64,000 nucleotides of DNA from a virus (lineage: Duplodnaviria > Caudoviricetes), in the IMG/VR virus record IMGVR_UViG_2767802354_000003, positions 4,685 through 68,684 of that record; one strand, 5' to 3'. A program made the translations under genes and the position numbers. How positions within the stretch are numbered: the first letter of the stretch is position 1; the number at the start of each line of letters is the position of its first letter. Below the pieces are notes generated by a model. The model was not told the DNA's origin, made no database searches, and saw only the letters and a program-made list of their open reading frames with translations. Shown piece after piece: positions 1 through 10,087 of this stretch.

Positions 1-1
1 T

Positions 2-544
2 GCTCCCCTCAAACTGCACGCCCTCAACAAATAGCGGCAGCGGCGCCGGCACGCCTACGTACTGAAACCGTGCCTTGGGCGAGGCAATGCATGCAGCAAC
101 CCCAGCCGGCACGGCCTGAATCACATCACCACGCATGCTGGTCGTCTCAGGATCTGCAGGCGTGGTCACGATGCTCTTGATGCGCATCTCGCTGGCGTTG
201 CTGTTGTAAGCCAAGCGACCAGAAGCGTCATAGACACTAATGCCCGGGCCGACATCCAAGGTGGGCCGGCCAGCATCGAACACGAACCAGTCCACCGTCG
301 CCGGGCCATCGCTGCGCAGCGTCCACTGCGTCGTGCCGCCCTTGGCAAAGCTCATGCGGTCGATGACCACCTTGTTTCCCGTGGGGCGGATGCAAAGCAC
401 CGGCGCCAGTGAATTGGTGGTGCTGACCGTCACCCCCGCACTGCCAACTGCAGATTGCCCGCGATTGACCAGGAGATAGTTGAAGTAATCCTGGTCGATC
501 TGTAGCGTCCCGAAATCATTGACCGAAGAAAACCCAGCCGGCAT
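2..544 (-). CDS. Phage tail-tip-associated protein, partial (runs off left edge; not in ORF track)
   Basis: AAGGAGG RBS before ATG at 544; open frame MPAGFSSVNDFGTLQIDQDYFNY...VEGVQFEGS to window edge; follows the J-like gene and its small downstream gene. Confidence 0.75.
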   Translation of the reverse strand, partial: MPAGFSSVNDFGTLQIDQDYFNYLLVNRGQSAVGSAGVTVSTTNSLAPVLCIRPTGNKVVIDRMSFAKGGTTQWTLRSDGPATVDWFVFDAGRPTLDVGPGISVYDASGRLAYNSNASEMRIKSIVTTPADPETTSMRGDVIQAVPAGVAACIASPKARFQYVGVPAPLPLFVEGVQFEGS

Positions 545-632
545 GAACCCCTCCTTGTATTGATTGGTGGATGCAGCTGGCTGCTCGACCTGCGGCGCCT
601 CGCTCTCACCACCGCCACCGCACGCGGCCAAG

Positions 633-911
633 CTAATAGACGCCAATAACGAAATAGCCATCAGTCGGATACTGCGTTTGCCATTTCCACCAGTTGAACG
701 TCGCCCCTGAAAAATTGAACCGAACATGGTGTCCTCCCTGCGTCGGAATAAAGATTGCGAATGGCGTGCCGCTTAAAAGCAGCTCGCTGTAGAAAGAGCC
801 GTTGACGGCCGTGCCCACATAGACCGAGGTGATCACCCGCGACAAGCGCGCTGTGCCATCGACCTTGATGGCCGTGTTTGGATAGAAGACTTGGAAGCCG
901 CCCTGCATCAC
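633..911 (-). CDS. Small phage tail-tip accessory protein (92 aa)
   Basis: Start overlaps the J-like stop; beta-rich aromatic sequence typical of small genes after J. Confidence 0.7.
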   Translation of the reverse strand: MMQGGFQVFYPNTAIKVDGTARLSRVITSVYVGTAVNGSFYSELLLSGTPFAIFIPTQGGHHVRFNFSGATFNWWKWQTQYPTDGYFVIGVY

Positions 912-3900
912 CAGATCCCCAAGCGCACGCGCAGCACGTTGTTGGCATCGAAGACCTGAATCAGGTTGTTGGTCAGCGTCATGCGCCCGCCGCCCGAGAC
1001 AGGCGCATTGAGCTGGATCTCCCCTGTGCGGAAATTCAGTCGCAGCACCGGCACCCCGCCCGGCCCCTTCGCGTCCGACTCCAGCCAGTCCGCAAACTTG
1101 GCGCTGCCGATGGATGCCGTCTTGATGAAGGCCGAGTTGATGTAGGTCACCCCGTCCTGAATCACGAATGGCACGCTGGTGGAGCCGTTGGCCTCGTTGA
1201 GCACCGCAACCCGCTGGGCGGCCAGCAGGATCTGGCTGGTGATCACGCCCTGGTTGTTTTCCACCCCGACACCGATGCCGGCCATGTACGGCTTGCCATC
1301 CACGGTCAGCTGGGTCTTGATGGTGTACATGGCCGCGAGAGCGCTCTTGAGCGCCTCCACCTCGACCAGGGAGCCGTCATCACTCTCGATCTTGTCCAGC
1401 AGCGCCTGAGAGAGCTGGGTCTCCGTGATCTGGTCCCGGAGATAGTCCAGGATCAGCGATGCATCCGAGCTGGCCTTGCCCTGCACGCCCGATACCGTGG
1501 GATACCACGGCCCGGCCAGGCCGTTCTTGTCCACCAGCCGCGCCCAGAAGAAGAACGCGGCGCCGGCGGCCAGGCCCATCATCGTGTGCGTGTTCTGCGG
1601 GTAGGAGAAGTCGCCCAGCTTGATGGCCTGCGCCAGGTTGTTGGTCTGGCTGTACCAAAGCTCGGTGCGCTGGATGATGTTGGCGCCTTCCGGGAAGCCC
1701 CAGGACAGACCGATACCGAACACTTGGCTGACGGCCGTCAAGTTGGTGACCGCTGGCGGCGCCGACAGAATGCCGGCCAGCACCGTGGGCGCCGATTGCG
1801 TCCAGGCGCTGGGCACCTCGATGGCGTTGACGGCACGCACGCGGGCCACATAGGTGCCCGCATAAGCGCCGTCGATCTCCAGGCCCGTGGTCGTGGTACG
1901 ACCAGCGCGCACCCAGTCGCTGTCATTGCGGCGCCACTCCACCTCATAGAGCACTGCGGACTCGGCCGCCTCCCAGCGGATGGCGGCTGTCTGCGAGCTG
2001 ATGCCCTGGCGCACCACATTGAAGCTGCTGAGCGTGACGCTGCCAGGCGCGGGCTGCACCTTGGGCGGCACCACCGTGATGGGGCGCGGGTCCAGGCGGG
2101 TGCCGTGGTCGATGGCAGAAAACTTGCCTGGCTCGTGCTGCACGGCCGTCACGTCAAACGTGATGCCCTCGCCTTCGGTCACGCTCATGACCGTGTAGAC
2201 CTGGGTCTTGAGCGTGGGCGCCTCCAATGCCCAGACCGACTGCGCACGCGGCGCGGCCGAGAACTGAGTCTCTACCTCCACGGTCATGGTCGTGCCTGGC
2301 AGCGAGATCATGTCGGCCGTCAGCTCCGAGCTGTCCACGGTATAGCTCGTCATGTCACTCGTGAGCAGCACGCCGTAGGCCTTGCTGACCTTGCGCGTCT
2401 CGGCCACGCCCGAGGGCAGGATCACGGTGAGCTCGTCACCGTACTGGATGCCCAGCTCGGCATCGATCTCGATGGTCGACTTGGTGGCGGAGCGGATGCG
2501 GCCGCCGATCCGGCGACCGGCGCGCATGTTGTCGGCAATGCGAATGATCTGGCCAGGGGCGCACAAGGTGCCGTCAAGCCCGACCGAGAACGAGACCGAT
2601 TGCGTCTCGCGCTTGGCCGTGAGCAAGGCCCACTGGCCCACGCGGTAGGCCTGAGACTCGCTGGTGCAGCCAAAGGCCGAGATCTCGACCTGGCGCACGC
2701 CATAGCGGGCCACACCTTCATCGTCCTGCACATAGACCAGCTTCTGGCGCGCCATGTCGTCCATGTCGTTGTACGACACCAGGGCCACGGTGTTGCGGTC
2801 CTTGCGACGGCTGCCTGAGTAGACAAAACGGCCGTCGATCACATTGGCCTGTGTATACGTGTACACAGGATCGCGCGGCATGTCGGCCACGGGCACGGCC
2901 GTGCCGGCAGCCCAGTACACCATGCCCCGGAACACCGAGCACAGATCCTGCAGCACGCGGGTGGCATCGCCGCGCTGCTGCAGGTAGACATTGCAGGTAA
3001 AGCGCGGCTCCGTACCGCCACGGCCATCGGGCACCAGCTCATCGCAGTAGGCGGCGATCTGGTACAGCGCCCACTTGTTCAGCCAGGCTGCGGGGATGCG
3101 CTTGCCCAGGCCGTAGCGCTCGTTCAGCACCAGGTCATAAAACACCCAGGCCGGATTGTTGCTGTAGGCCGTCTTGAAAGTGCCATCCCACACGCCCGTG
3201 TAGATGCGCGTGGCGGGATCATAGTTAGCGGGCACTTTGATGATGCGACCGCGCACATGGTAGGCACGCGCCGGTACAGCATTGAACTGGCTGGCATCGA
3301 TCTGCAGACCGATCAGGGCCGACATGGGGTAACGCAACCTGGCATCAATCACCTCGGCCAGGCTGTCGATCACCGTGGTGTCGCTGATCTTGTCAGATGT
3401 GGCATTGGCCGTGAGCCGGCGCACGCGCACCACCCAGCCGCTGGCAGCCACAGGCAGATCAATACGGTGCGTGCGGCGATACTGGGCCGTGGTCTTGCCG
3501 CTGAAGGAAGTGTTGATCACCTCCACCCAGGCGCCGCCATCGGTTTGCAGGTCGATGGCGTACTGCACCGAATAGCCATTGATATCGCCCGTACTGGTGT
3601 CCACCGAGCGCAGGCCGTTGACTCCCAGAGTCACGCGCACGGCCGACAGGTTGCGGTTGTTGACCGCACGCACCCAGGGCACGCCGAACTTGAGCTCCAC
3701 ATTCACGCTGGCCGTGGACTCCGAGGCCGGAAAGCCAGGGACAGGATCCTGCCACTGCGTTCCTGCCCGGAAATCAACCTGCACCCCTTCAAAATTCATG
3801 CTGCCATCGGCGTTCTGCAGCGGCGTCTCGTTCAGGTAGATGCTTTGCAGGCCGTTGACCAGGCCGGAGATCTCGCCCTCGCTGAGCAGATCGAGCACGC

Positions 3901-4042
3901 GGGCATAGCTGGTGCTGTGCAGGCTGTCGGCCGCTTCCACGGGCTGGCGAGCGCTGCCGCCGCCCTTGCCTTTGTAGCCGCGCAGGCTCCAGCCGCCCTG
4001 CACAGGCCGAGGCCCGGAGCGCACCACATCGAGAACGGTCAT
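908..4042 (-). CDS. Tail tip/host-specificity protein J-like (1044 aa)
   Basis: KGKGGGS N-terminal motif, SNNPAWVFYDL motif, fibronectin-III-like segments; position after I-like gene. Confidence 0.95.
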   Translation of the reverse strand: MTVLDVVRSGPRPVQGGWSLRGYKGKGGGSARQPVEAADSLHSTSYARVLDLLSEGEISGLVNGLQSIYLNETPLQNADGSMNFEGVQVDFRAGTQWQDPVPGFPASESTASVNVELKFGVPWVRAVNNRNLSAVRVTLGVNGLRSVDTSTGDINGYSVQYAIDLQTDGGAWVEVINTSFSGKTTAQYRRTHRIDLPVAASGWVVRVRRLTANATSDKISDTTVIDSLAEVIDARLRYPMSALIGLQIDASQFNAVPARAYHVRGRIIKVPANYDPATRIYTGVWDGTFKTAYSNNPAWVFYDLVLNERYGLGKRIPAAWLNKWALYQIAAYCDELVPDGRGGTEPRFTCNVYLQQRGDATRVLQDLCSVFRGMVYWAAGTAVPVADMPRDPVYTYTQANVIDGRFVYSGSRRKDRNTVALVSYNDMDDMARQKLVYVQDDEGVARYGVRQVEISAFGCTSESQAYRVGQWALLTAKRETQSVSFSVGLDGTLCAPGQIIRIADNMRAGRRIGGRIRSATKSTIEIDAELGIQYGDELTVILPSGVAETRKVSKAYGVLLTSDMTSYTVDSSELTADMISLPGTTMTVEVETQFSAAPRAQSVWALEAPTLKTQVYTVMSVTEGEGITFDVTAVQHEPGKFSAIDHGTRLDPRPITVVPPKVQPAPGSVTLSSFNVVRQGISSQTAAIRWEAAESAVLYEVEWRRNDSDWVRAGRTTTTGLEIDGAYAGTYVARVRAVNAIEVPSAWTQSAPTVLAGILSAPPAVTNLTAVSQVFGIGLSWGFPEGANIIQRTELWYSQTNNLAQAIKLGDFSYPQNTHTMMGLAAGAAFFFWARLVDKNGLAGPWYPTVSGVQGKASSDASLILDYLRDQITETQLSQALLDKIESDDGSLVEVEALKSALAAMYTIKTQLTVDGKPYMAGIGVGVENNQGVITSQILLAAQRVAVLNEANGSTSVPFVIQDGVTYINSAFIKTASIGSAKFADWLESDAKGPGGVPVLRLNFRTGEIQLNAPVSGGGRMTLTNNLIQVFDANNVLRVRLGIW

Positions 4043-4656
4043 TGCTGGTCTTCCGCAAAGATGCCCGCGCTGATGGCGGCCGAGCCAATGATCAGCTCGC
4101 CATACAGCAGCGGGACGGGGTTGCCTTGGGCCGAGGTGTTGACCGGCCCGTTGAAGTTGTAAGAGGCCCCGTTGTCGGGGCCATCGGCCGTGGACAGGCC
4201 TTTTTGCTGAGGAGAGAGCAGCTGGGTGACGCCCGAGAGCATCAGCAGCTTGCCCATGCTGCCAACCCCTGCGCCGAACACCATGGCCCCGCCCTCACCC
4301 AGCAATCCCGCCGTGGCGGGGTTGACCAGATACGGCGCCGCAAAGAACAGCGCAGCCCCGAGCACCAAAGTGAACAGGCCACCACGCTTGGCGCCCTGCA
4401 CCATGGGCGCAATGCGAATGTCTTCCTGGCCGGCGAGATCAAAAAGCTGATCGTCCGCAAGATTGCGCCGCCCCAGAAAGCAGGCATAGCCCACGCCGCG
4501 ATCCTTGCTGGTCATCAGTTCCCGCTCGAAGCCCGGCAGCAGCACGCACAGCGCCTGCACGGCCTCGGCGCAGCTGGCAACAGCCAGGCGATGCACCCGG
4601 CCGAACTGAGCACCCAGGTAGCCATAGAGGCGAATGGTTCGCAGCTGGTCACTCAT
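4039..4656 (-). CDS. Tail assembly protein I-like
   Basis: LRTIRLYGYLG N-terminus and GNPVPLLYG C-terminal motif; start reassigned to MSDQ at 4656. Confidence 0.92.
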   Translation of the reverse strand: MSDQLRTIRLYGYLGAQFGRVHRLAVASCAEAVQALCVLLPGFERELMTSKDRGVGYACFLGRRNLADDQLFDLAGQEDIRIAPMVQGAKRGGLFTLVLGAALFFAAPYLVNPATAGLLGEGGAMVFGAGVGSMGKLLMLSGVTQLLSPQQKGLSTADGPDNGASYNFNGPVNTSAQGNPVPLLYGELIIGSAAISAGIFAEDQQ

Positions 4657-5431
4657 GGGAGAAATCCTTATGAGCCATGTCCTTGTGACGGACCACGGCC
4701 CGCGTGCATTCCTGCCAGTAGCCGCCATAAACCACGCGCTCAGACAAGCGCCCATAAAGGTGCTGCAGCATGGCGTTGGGAACGGGGTGCAGACCAGGGG
4801 CCTCGGCCAGCGGCCGGCTGCCCAGGTAAATGCCGGCGTGATTGGCTACCGGCGAGCGCACGGCCATCAGGATCACGTCACCAGGCTGGATCTGCGCTGC
4901 ATCGGGAATGCGAGAGAAGCCGGCCTGAGCGAACTGCTGCATATAGAGGTCTTGGCACTGGTTCCACCAGTCGTCAGCACGCTCAAAATCCGGCAGCTCG
5001 ATCCCTGCCTCCCGGCGATACCAGTCCCGCACCAGCGTGTAGCAGTCCAGAACCCCATGGAAGAACTGCCTCCCCAGCAGCGGTGCCTGCCAGCCCGTGG
5101 GCGCGAACTGGTGCAGCTCCTCGAACTGACCCTCGCGCACGCTCACAATCACCCAAGGCAGGCCCGTGGCCTCGCAGGATGCGCGGTCGGCCTCGCTGGG
5201 CTGGGCGGGCGCGTCTGGATGGCTATGCACCACGGCCAGGATGCGGCCGGCGTCCTCGGCATCAGCCCAGTCGTCGGGCGCCATGCGGAATTGCTCGGTG
5301 CCCTGCGCCAGATTGACGCAGGGGCGGTAAATCTCTTTACGACCCTGAGCGATCAGCAGGCCGCAGCACTCGCGCGGATACTCAGCCAGGGCGTGCGCCT
5401 TGATGGCGTCTACCGTCTTTTTATGCAGCAT
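4649..5431 (-). CDS. Tail assembly protein K-like (JAB + NlpC/P60)
   Basis: YPRECCGL, VVHSHPD, GVLDCYTL and NHAGIYLG motifs; TGATG coupling to the L-like gene. Confidence 0.93.
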   Translation of the reverse strand: MLHKKTVDAIKAHALAEYPRECCGLLIAQGRKEIYRPCVNLAQGTEQFRMAPDDWADAEDAGRILAVVHSHPDAPAQPSEADRASCEATGLPWVIVSVREGQFEELHQFAPTGWQAPLLGRQFFHGVLDCYTLVRDWYRREAGIELPDFERADDWWNQCQDLYMQQFAQAGFSRIPDAAQIQPGDVILMAVRSPVANHAGIYLGSRPLAEAPGLHPVPNAMLQHLYGRLSERVVYGGYWQECTRAVVRHKDMAHKDFSHE

Positions 5432-6159
5432 CAGTAGCCTCGCAAGGTATCGGCGCTGGGGAAGCCGCCGAAGTTGATGGGTTCCCACTCGCCAAAGCGC
5501 TTTTTGCACGCGCTCACTAGGCCGGGACAGCGGTCCTTGGTGGGGTCGGTGACGGGATTGCCGTCACGGTCAAACATGGCTGCGCCGGTGTAGCCGCAGT
5601 ACGGCCCGCGATAGCCGCCATTGCTCAGCCAGCCGCAGAGGTTGGCTACGATCTGGCGGCCCGGCAGTTGCTGACCATCGAAGTCCAGAGCACTGGCCAG
5701 CTCAAACTCGACCGTTTCCTTGTCCTCATGGGTCTTGCACTCCACCAGCCAGATCTCGGGAGCCAATTCCTCATTGGGGTTAGCCGATGGATTGCCCTCG
5801 GCAAAGTTGCGGGCGTCCAGGTACTGCGCAAAGGTGCGTCGGCGCACCACGCGGGCACCGACCAGGTCATCGAGTGCAATGCACAGCGCCGAGATCACGC
5901 CGGAGACCATGCCGCCCTTGCCGTCGGGGCCGATGTTGCCCACGCGTAGGGTCGGCGTGGGCTGCTGGCCAGTGCCGTTGCGGGCAAAGCCCTCGGTCTC
6001 GATGGCCCAGGGCTTGTATTCCTGGCCCTGCCACCAGATAGACCCTGCCTGCGAGTAGCCGTGACAGCGCCAGATCTCGTCGCCCAGCTCGCTCAGGTCC
6101 AGCTCAAAGAGCTGCACCAGCTTGCCCGGCTCCAGGCCTTGGATGTCTGCTGTGATCAT
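5431..6159 (-). CDS. Minor tail protein L-like
   Basis: LFELDL N-terminus and Cys cluster (C...C.YTG...D.C...SAC..RF). Confidence 0.93.
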   Translation of the reverse strand: MITADIQGLEPGKLVQLFELDLSELGDEIWRCHGYSQAGSIWWQGQEYKPWAIETEGFARNGTGQQPTPTLRVGNIGPDGKGGMVSGVISALCIALDDLVGARVVRRRTFAQYLDARNFAEGNPSANPNEELAPEIWLVECKTHEDKETVEFELASALDFDGQQLPGRQIVANLCGWLSNGGYRGPYCGYTGAAMFDRDGNPVTDPTKDRCPGLVSACKKRFGEWEPINFGGFPSADTLRGY

Positions 6160-6506
6160 GGTCGAGGGGCCTCCTTAAACGTCACCGAAAGCGTGTAGCT
6201 CTTCATCAACCGATGACCACCGTGGGGCTGCAGGCGATAACCTTCCTTCGCCACGTAGTGGCCCTGCACGCCCATGGGCGGCGTCCACAGGAAGGCCCTG
6301 GCGCCGGCATGCTTGTCGAGAAATGCCTTGATCGGCTTGATCTGCGATTCGCGGCCGCGAAACACCAATGGCCACGACTGCTGCAGGTTGTTGATGCCAT
6401 CCTCAGCAATCTGGGCATAGCCATCCCCAAACTGAGCGCTCAAGATGGCATGCGTAAAAACGCCCTCGGGCTCAGCCAGAGGGCGCCAATGGAACAACTC
6501 AGGCAT
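6156..6506 (-). CDS. Minor tail protein M-like
   Basis: FGDGYAQ and AFLWTPP motifs. Confidence 0.9.
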   Translation of the reverse strand: MPELFHWRPLAEPEGVFTHAILSAQFGDGYAQIAEDGINNLQQSWPLVFRGRESQIKPIKAFLDKHAGARAFLWTPPMGVQGHYVAKEGYRLQPHGGHRLMKSYTLSVTFKEAPRP

Positions 6507-9373
6507 TACGCCCTCCCGTTTTGTCTTGCCCAGATCAAGCCGCCAGGGCGCATTTCTTTTGCGATGGCCTCTTTGACCGCATTCCCGGCCAACTTGCCCA
6601 GCTGGGTCATAAAGCCTTCGGTGCCGGTCGCATTGACTTGCCCCGAGCCGCTTTGCTGCAAATGGACATCCACATCGACCAGCATCGAGGCCGCAGCAGG
6701 AGCGACCAGGCCAGTGCCTGCAGCCGGCCCACCCACCAGCCCGCCCTCGGCGTAACCATTGAGGCGATTGAGCAAGCCGAGGCCGACACGCTTGGTGCTT
6801 TCAGCATTGATGACGTACTCGCCACGGTGCACCACACCAGCCGGCTCATACTTGCCACCGTCGCCCGTGTAGCCACCCGTGGCAAAGCCCAGAAGGCCGC
6901 GCGCGCCCGTAGCCAGTCCCGCGAGCATCTGCCGAGCTTGAATCCGCACCAGGTCAGCAATGATCGAATTCGCCAAGGACTTGAAATCCAGCTTGCCGGT
7001 CATCACAAAGTTGACCAGCGCATCCTCCATGCCCTTGAACGCATTGGTAAATGCATCAGCCGTCTGCTGCGCCACGTTCGCAGCTTGGTCGACATAGTTC
7101 TGCAAGGCGAAGCTGGCACCCAACTCCCACCTTGTCTGCAGTTGGTCCAGTTCTGCATAGGTGGCCTCAGCGATGCGGATGCGCTCTTCCTTCTCCACCT
7201 TTAGGTCAGCTAAGCGCTGGTCAATCTGTGCCTGCTGCTCCTTGGAGAGGTTCGGTGTGTACATGCGCCGGTCCCGCAAATTGCGCTCTTCGGCAAGGTA
7301 GCTGTCCTTGATGCTCCATATGCCTTCAGCACGCTGGCGATCCTTGGTGCCCATCCATGCCGAGCTGATAGTGCGCTGCTGCTGCTCCCGCATCTGCTCC
7401 ATGGCACGCTTGTGCGACTCCGCCAAAGCCTCCATTGCCATGCGCTGGCGATCAGTTGCCAGGGTTTCCTCATGGGCCAAAGCCTTGAGCCTCTCGCCCG
7501 TCTCCAGGCGCTTGGCGGCCAGCTTGGACTCGGTATCCGCAATCTGCTTCTTGACGGCCAGGGCATCGACTCCCTTGACCTTCTCCTGTTGCAGGCGGGT
7601 GATCTGCTCCTGCAGGGCGGACTCCTCGACCTTGCTGGACTCCTCGATCAGGGATCGTCTCTGGCTGTAGTAGCCCTGGTCATCAATCAGCCCTGACTGG
7701 CGCAGGCGCTCCAGATCCTTTTGCTTGCCGTCGATGATGCGGACTTCTTCACGGGCGGCATTCTGGATCTCGGAGAGGTCAAGGCGACGGGAAGCGGGTG
7801 CCGTGCTGCCCCCCTTCTTCTCCTTCTCCTCGTACTTCTTATTGATGCCAACAATGACAGTGTCATATTGCTTCTGCGCCTCTGCGCTGGTCTTGGCCGC
7901 CTCTCCGTATTTCTTCTCGGCAGCAGCAAGCTCCAGGCGCTTCTGAGTCTGCTTGTCATAGTGCTTGCTGGCTTCAGCACTCAGATTGATCAATGCCTGC
8001 TCACGATCACGAGAGCCTTGCACATAGGTGTTGGCCGACTCGGAGAGGCCCAACATCTCGCGCGCTTTGTCGAGCCTGTTCTGCCGGGTCTTGAGGCCCT
8101 TGGCATAGCTGCCTGTACTCTCGGTCACAGAGTTGGTCGGGCCACGGTCCTGGTAGTCGTTGACCTCTTTCCGCAGCCGTTCCACCACAGCATGCATGCC
8201 CTCCTGACGGCCGAGAGACTTGATCATGTCGATCACCTCGGCGCCCACATTGCGAATGGCAATCCAGCCCTTCTCAACTAGGCCCAAGTTGGCAGTGATC
8301 GTGCTGGTAGCGCCGGCAATGGCCGAATCGTAGGCATCCTGGGCCACGCGGGCGGCATCCGTCTCGCGCCCCACTTCCTGCAGTGACTTGATCTGCTCGA
8401 AGGTTGCCGACGTCAGGAAGTCCATTTGCTTGTTCAGCTCGAGCACCGCCTTGACGGGGTCTTCGCCCAACTTCTTGAAGTCCTTGGCCACCTCCTCCAC
8501 GGATTGTCCGGTGGCACGCTCCCACTCAATCGCTGTCGTGGTGTAGCGCTGCAGGCGTTCAGCACCAACGCCAGCATTCGCTGCAAATATGACCAGGGCC
8601 TCAGCCGCTTTGGCCTGGGTAATGCCTGCCACGTCATCCATGGCAGCCGACATGTCCACCAGTTGCTGGACACTGGTGCCAGCCTGGTTGCCAGTCTTTT
8701 GCAGCACGACCAGGAATGCATGGGCCTCCTTGGCGCCTGAGTACAGGCCGTAAGCCAGTACGCCAGCTGCTGCGGCAGCAAGCGTGAACGGGTTCACCAT
8801 CCCCAGCACATAACCGCCCAGCGCCTTGGCGGCCTCCCCTGCACCACCAAACATGGACATCAGCTGAGAGCCCTGCTGCAGGAATACCGTCATGGCATTC
8901 TGCCCGCCCTGCAGCGACACGATGATGTCTTGGAACTGTGCAGGCACTCCACGCATCGCTGCAGAGTGAGCGCGGTCACTCATGACGTACTGTCCAGACT
9001 GGCTCAGGCGCTTTTGCGCTGCCTCGGCCTGACGCAACTGGTCGATATAGGGCTTGAGCACATCACCCGAGATACCGCGCTGCTTGGCCAGAATCTCGTA
9101 GTACTCCGAGCCGGCCTTGCCGCCCGACTGCAGAGCCACGGTGGCGCGCTGGATGCTGCCCACCATGTTCTTCTCGGCCCGAGACATGGCAGCAGCAGAC
9201 TGCTGCGACTGAGTCTCCAGAGGCTTGAGGCCAGACGCAGCCTTGCGTCCAGCCTCCTCCACGCCAGCAGCCATGCCCTTGGCTGCCGCCACGGCATCGG
9301 TGGCGCCTTCGCGCACGCCGGTGGCGTCCAGCGAGGCCTCAATCTGGACTTTACGGCGGTCGGTATCGCTCAT
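6506..9373 (-). CDS. Tail tape measure protein (955 aa)
   Basis: Long Ala/Gln-rich helical protein with PAQFQDIIVSLQGGQ..FLQQGSQL and C-terminal FATGGYTG..GVVHRGEYV motifs. Confidence 0.95.
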   Translation of the reverse strand: MSDTDRRKVQIEASLDATGVREGATDAVAAAKGMAAGVEEAGRKAASGLKPLETQSQQSAAAMSRAEKNMVGSIQRATVALQSGGKAGSEYYEILAKQRGISGDVLKPYIDQLRQAEAAQKRLSQSGQYVMSDRAHSAAMRGVPAQFQDIIVSLQGGQNAMTVFLQQGSQLMSMFGGAGEAAKALGGYVLGMVNPFTLAAAAAGVLAYGLYSGAKEAHAFLVVLQKTGNQAGTSVQQLVDMSAAMDDVAGITQAKAAEALVIFAANAGVGAERLQRYTTTAIEWERATGQSVEEVAKDFKKLGEDPVKAVLELNKQMDFLTSATFEQIKSLQEVGRETDAARVAQDAYDSAIAGATSTITANLGLVEKGWIAIRNVGAEVIDMIKSLGRQEGMHAVVERLRKEVNDYQDRGPTNSVTESTGSYAKGLKTRQNRLDKAREMLGLSESANTYVQGSRDREQALINLSAEASKHYDKQTQKRLELAAAEKKYGEAAKTSAEAQKQYDTVIVGINKKYEEKEKKGGSTAPASRRLDLSEIQNAAREEVRIIDGKQKDLERLRQSGLIDDQGYYSQRRSLIEESSKVEESALQEQITRLQQEKVKGVDALAVKKQIADTESKLAAKRLETGERLKALAHEETLATDRQRMAMEALAESHKRAMEQMREQQQRTISSAWMGTKDRQRAEGIWSIKDSYLAEERNLRDRRMYTPNLSKEQQAQIDQRLADLKVEKEERIRIAEATYAELDQLQTRWELGASFALQNYVDQAANVAQQTADAFTNAFKGMEDALVNFVMTGKLDFKSLANSIIADLVRIQARQMLAGLATGARGLLGFATGGYTGDGGKYEPAGVVHRGEYVINAESTKRVGLGLLNRLNGYAEGGLVGGPAAGTGLVAPAAASMLVDVDVHLQQSGSGQVNATGTEGFMTQLGKLAGNAVKEAIAKEMRPGGLIWARQNGRA

Positions 9374-9692
9374 TTTTCAGCCTCAGCATAGATTTCTTGA
9401 AGTGCGGCAGCCTCCATGACGCGAACCTCGGCGCGCAGCCGGTCGTGGTCTTCATGGGGGATTTCGCGGGCGCGAAGTTCATCGGCCAGCACGCCGTAGT
9501 CCAGCCCCACCACGCCGCCGGCGCCGACGCGCCACTGCGTCTGCAGGGCATCGAAAAGGCACCAGGCAGTCCAGTTTTCGGGCCAGACCTGGACACTGAA
9601 CATGTCGGCGTACTGGCTCACCGGCAGCCCCCATTCCTTGAGGTACTGGGCATCCGGGAGCTGCATGTATCGCGCACGCGCTGCCGCAATCA
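9370..9692 (-). CDS. Tail assembly chaperone, T-like segment (C-terminal part of G-T frameshift product)
   Basis: Frame entered by -1 shift at GGGAAAC; QWRVG..G..GLDY motif. Confidence 0.8.
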
Positions 9693-10085
9693 GTTTCCCA
9701 AGCGGCCCTCCATGCACAGCTGCTTGTAGGTGTTCATCACGGCCTGGGTCGCTGCTGGCAGTTCGCTTGCCAGCTGGATGCAGTTGTCCAGGGTGAACGG
9801 TGCATCCAGCCCCCATTCAAGTAAGCACCCATGGATGTACTGCCCGTTGATCTGCACCACGCCGCGCTGCTGCTGAGTGGACGGCTGGCCTGCGGTGGGA
9901 TCAAAAGCCGGAGGCTCCACTGAAAAGAGACCGTCAAGGAATGCACCGAATTCCACGCGGTCTCGGTATCGAAAGGTCACGGGAAGCAGACCATCGGTGC
10001 CATCCGGCATGGCGACCTTGAGGGAATGGACGATGCCCTTGGGCCGCTGGCCCAGCACGATCTGGCGTGCAATCTGCTCGCTCAT
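9690..10085 (-). CDS. Tail assembly chaperone G-like
   Basis: Position between major tail protein and tape measure; slippery site at 3' end. Confidence 0.85.
   Translation of the reverse strand: MSEQIARQIVLGQRPKGIVHSLKVAMPDGTDGLLPVTFRYRDRVEFGAFLDGLFSVEPPAFDPTAGQPSTQQQRGVVQINGQYIHGCLLEWGLDAPFTLDNCIQLASELPAATQAVMNTYKQLCMEGRLGN
9693..9699 (-). other. Programmed -1 ribosomal frameshift slippery heptamer G GGA AAC
   Basis: XXXYYYZ heptamer immediately before the G-like stop (TTG GGA AAC TGA); -1 frame continues GKLIAAARARY. Confidence 0.8.
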
Positions 10086-10087
10086 AA

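Noticed and set aside
878-2818. Long + strand ORFs opposite structural and hsd genes (also 4042-5316, 49448-51001, 51703-52992)
   Set aside because: Antisense shadows of GC-rich genes: no RBS, no family motifs, fully overlapping well-supported genes
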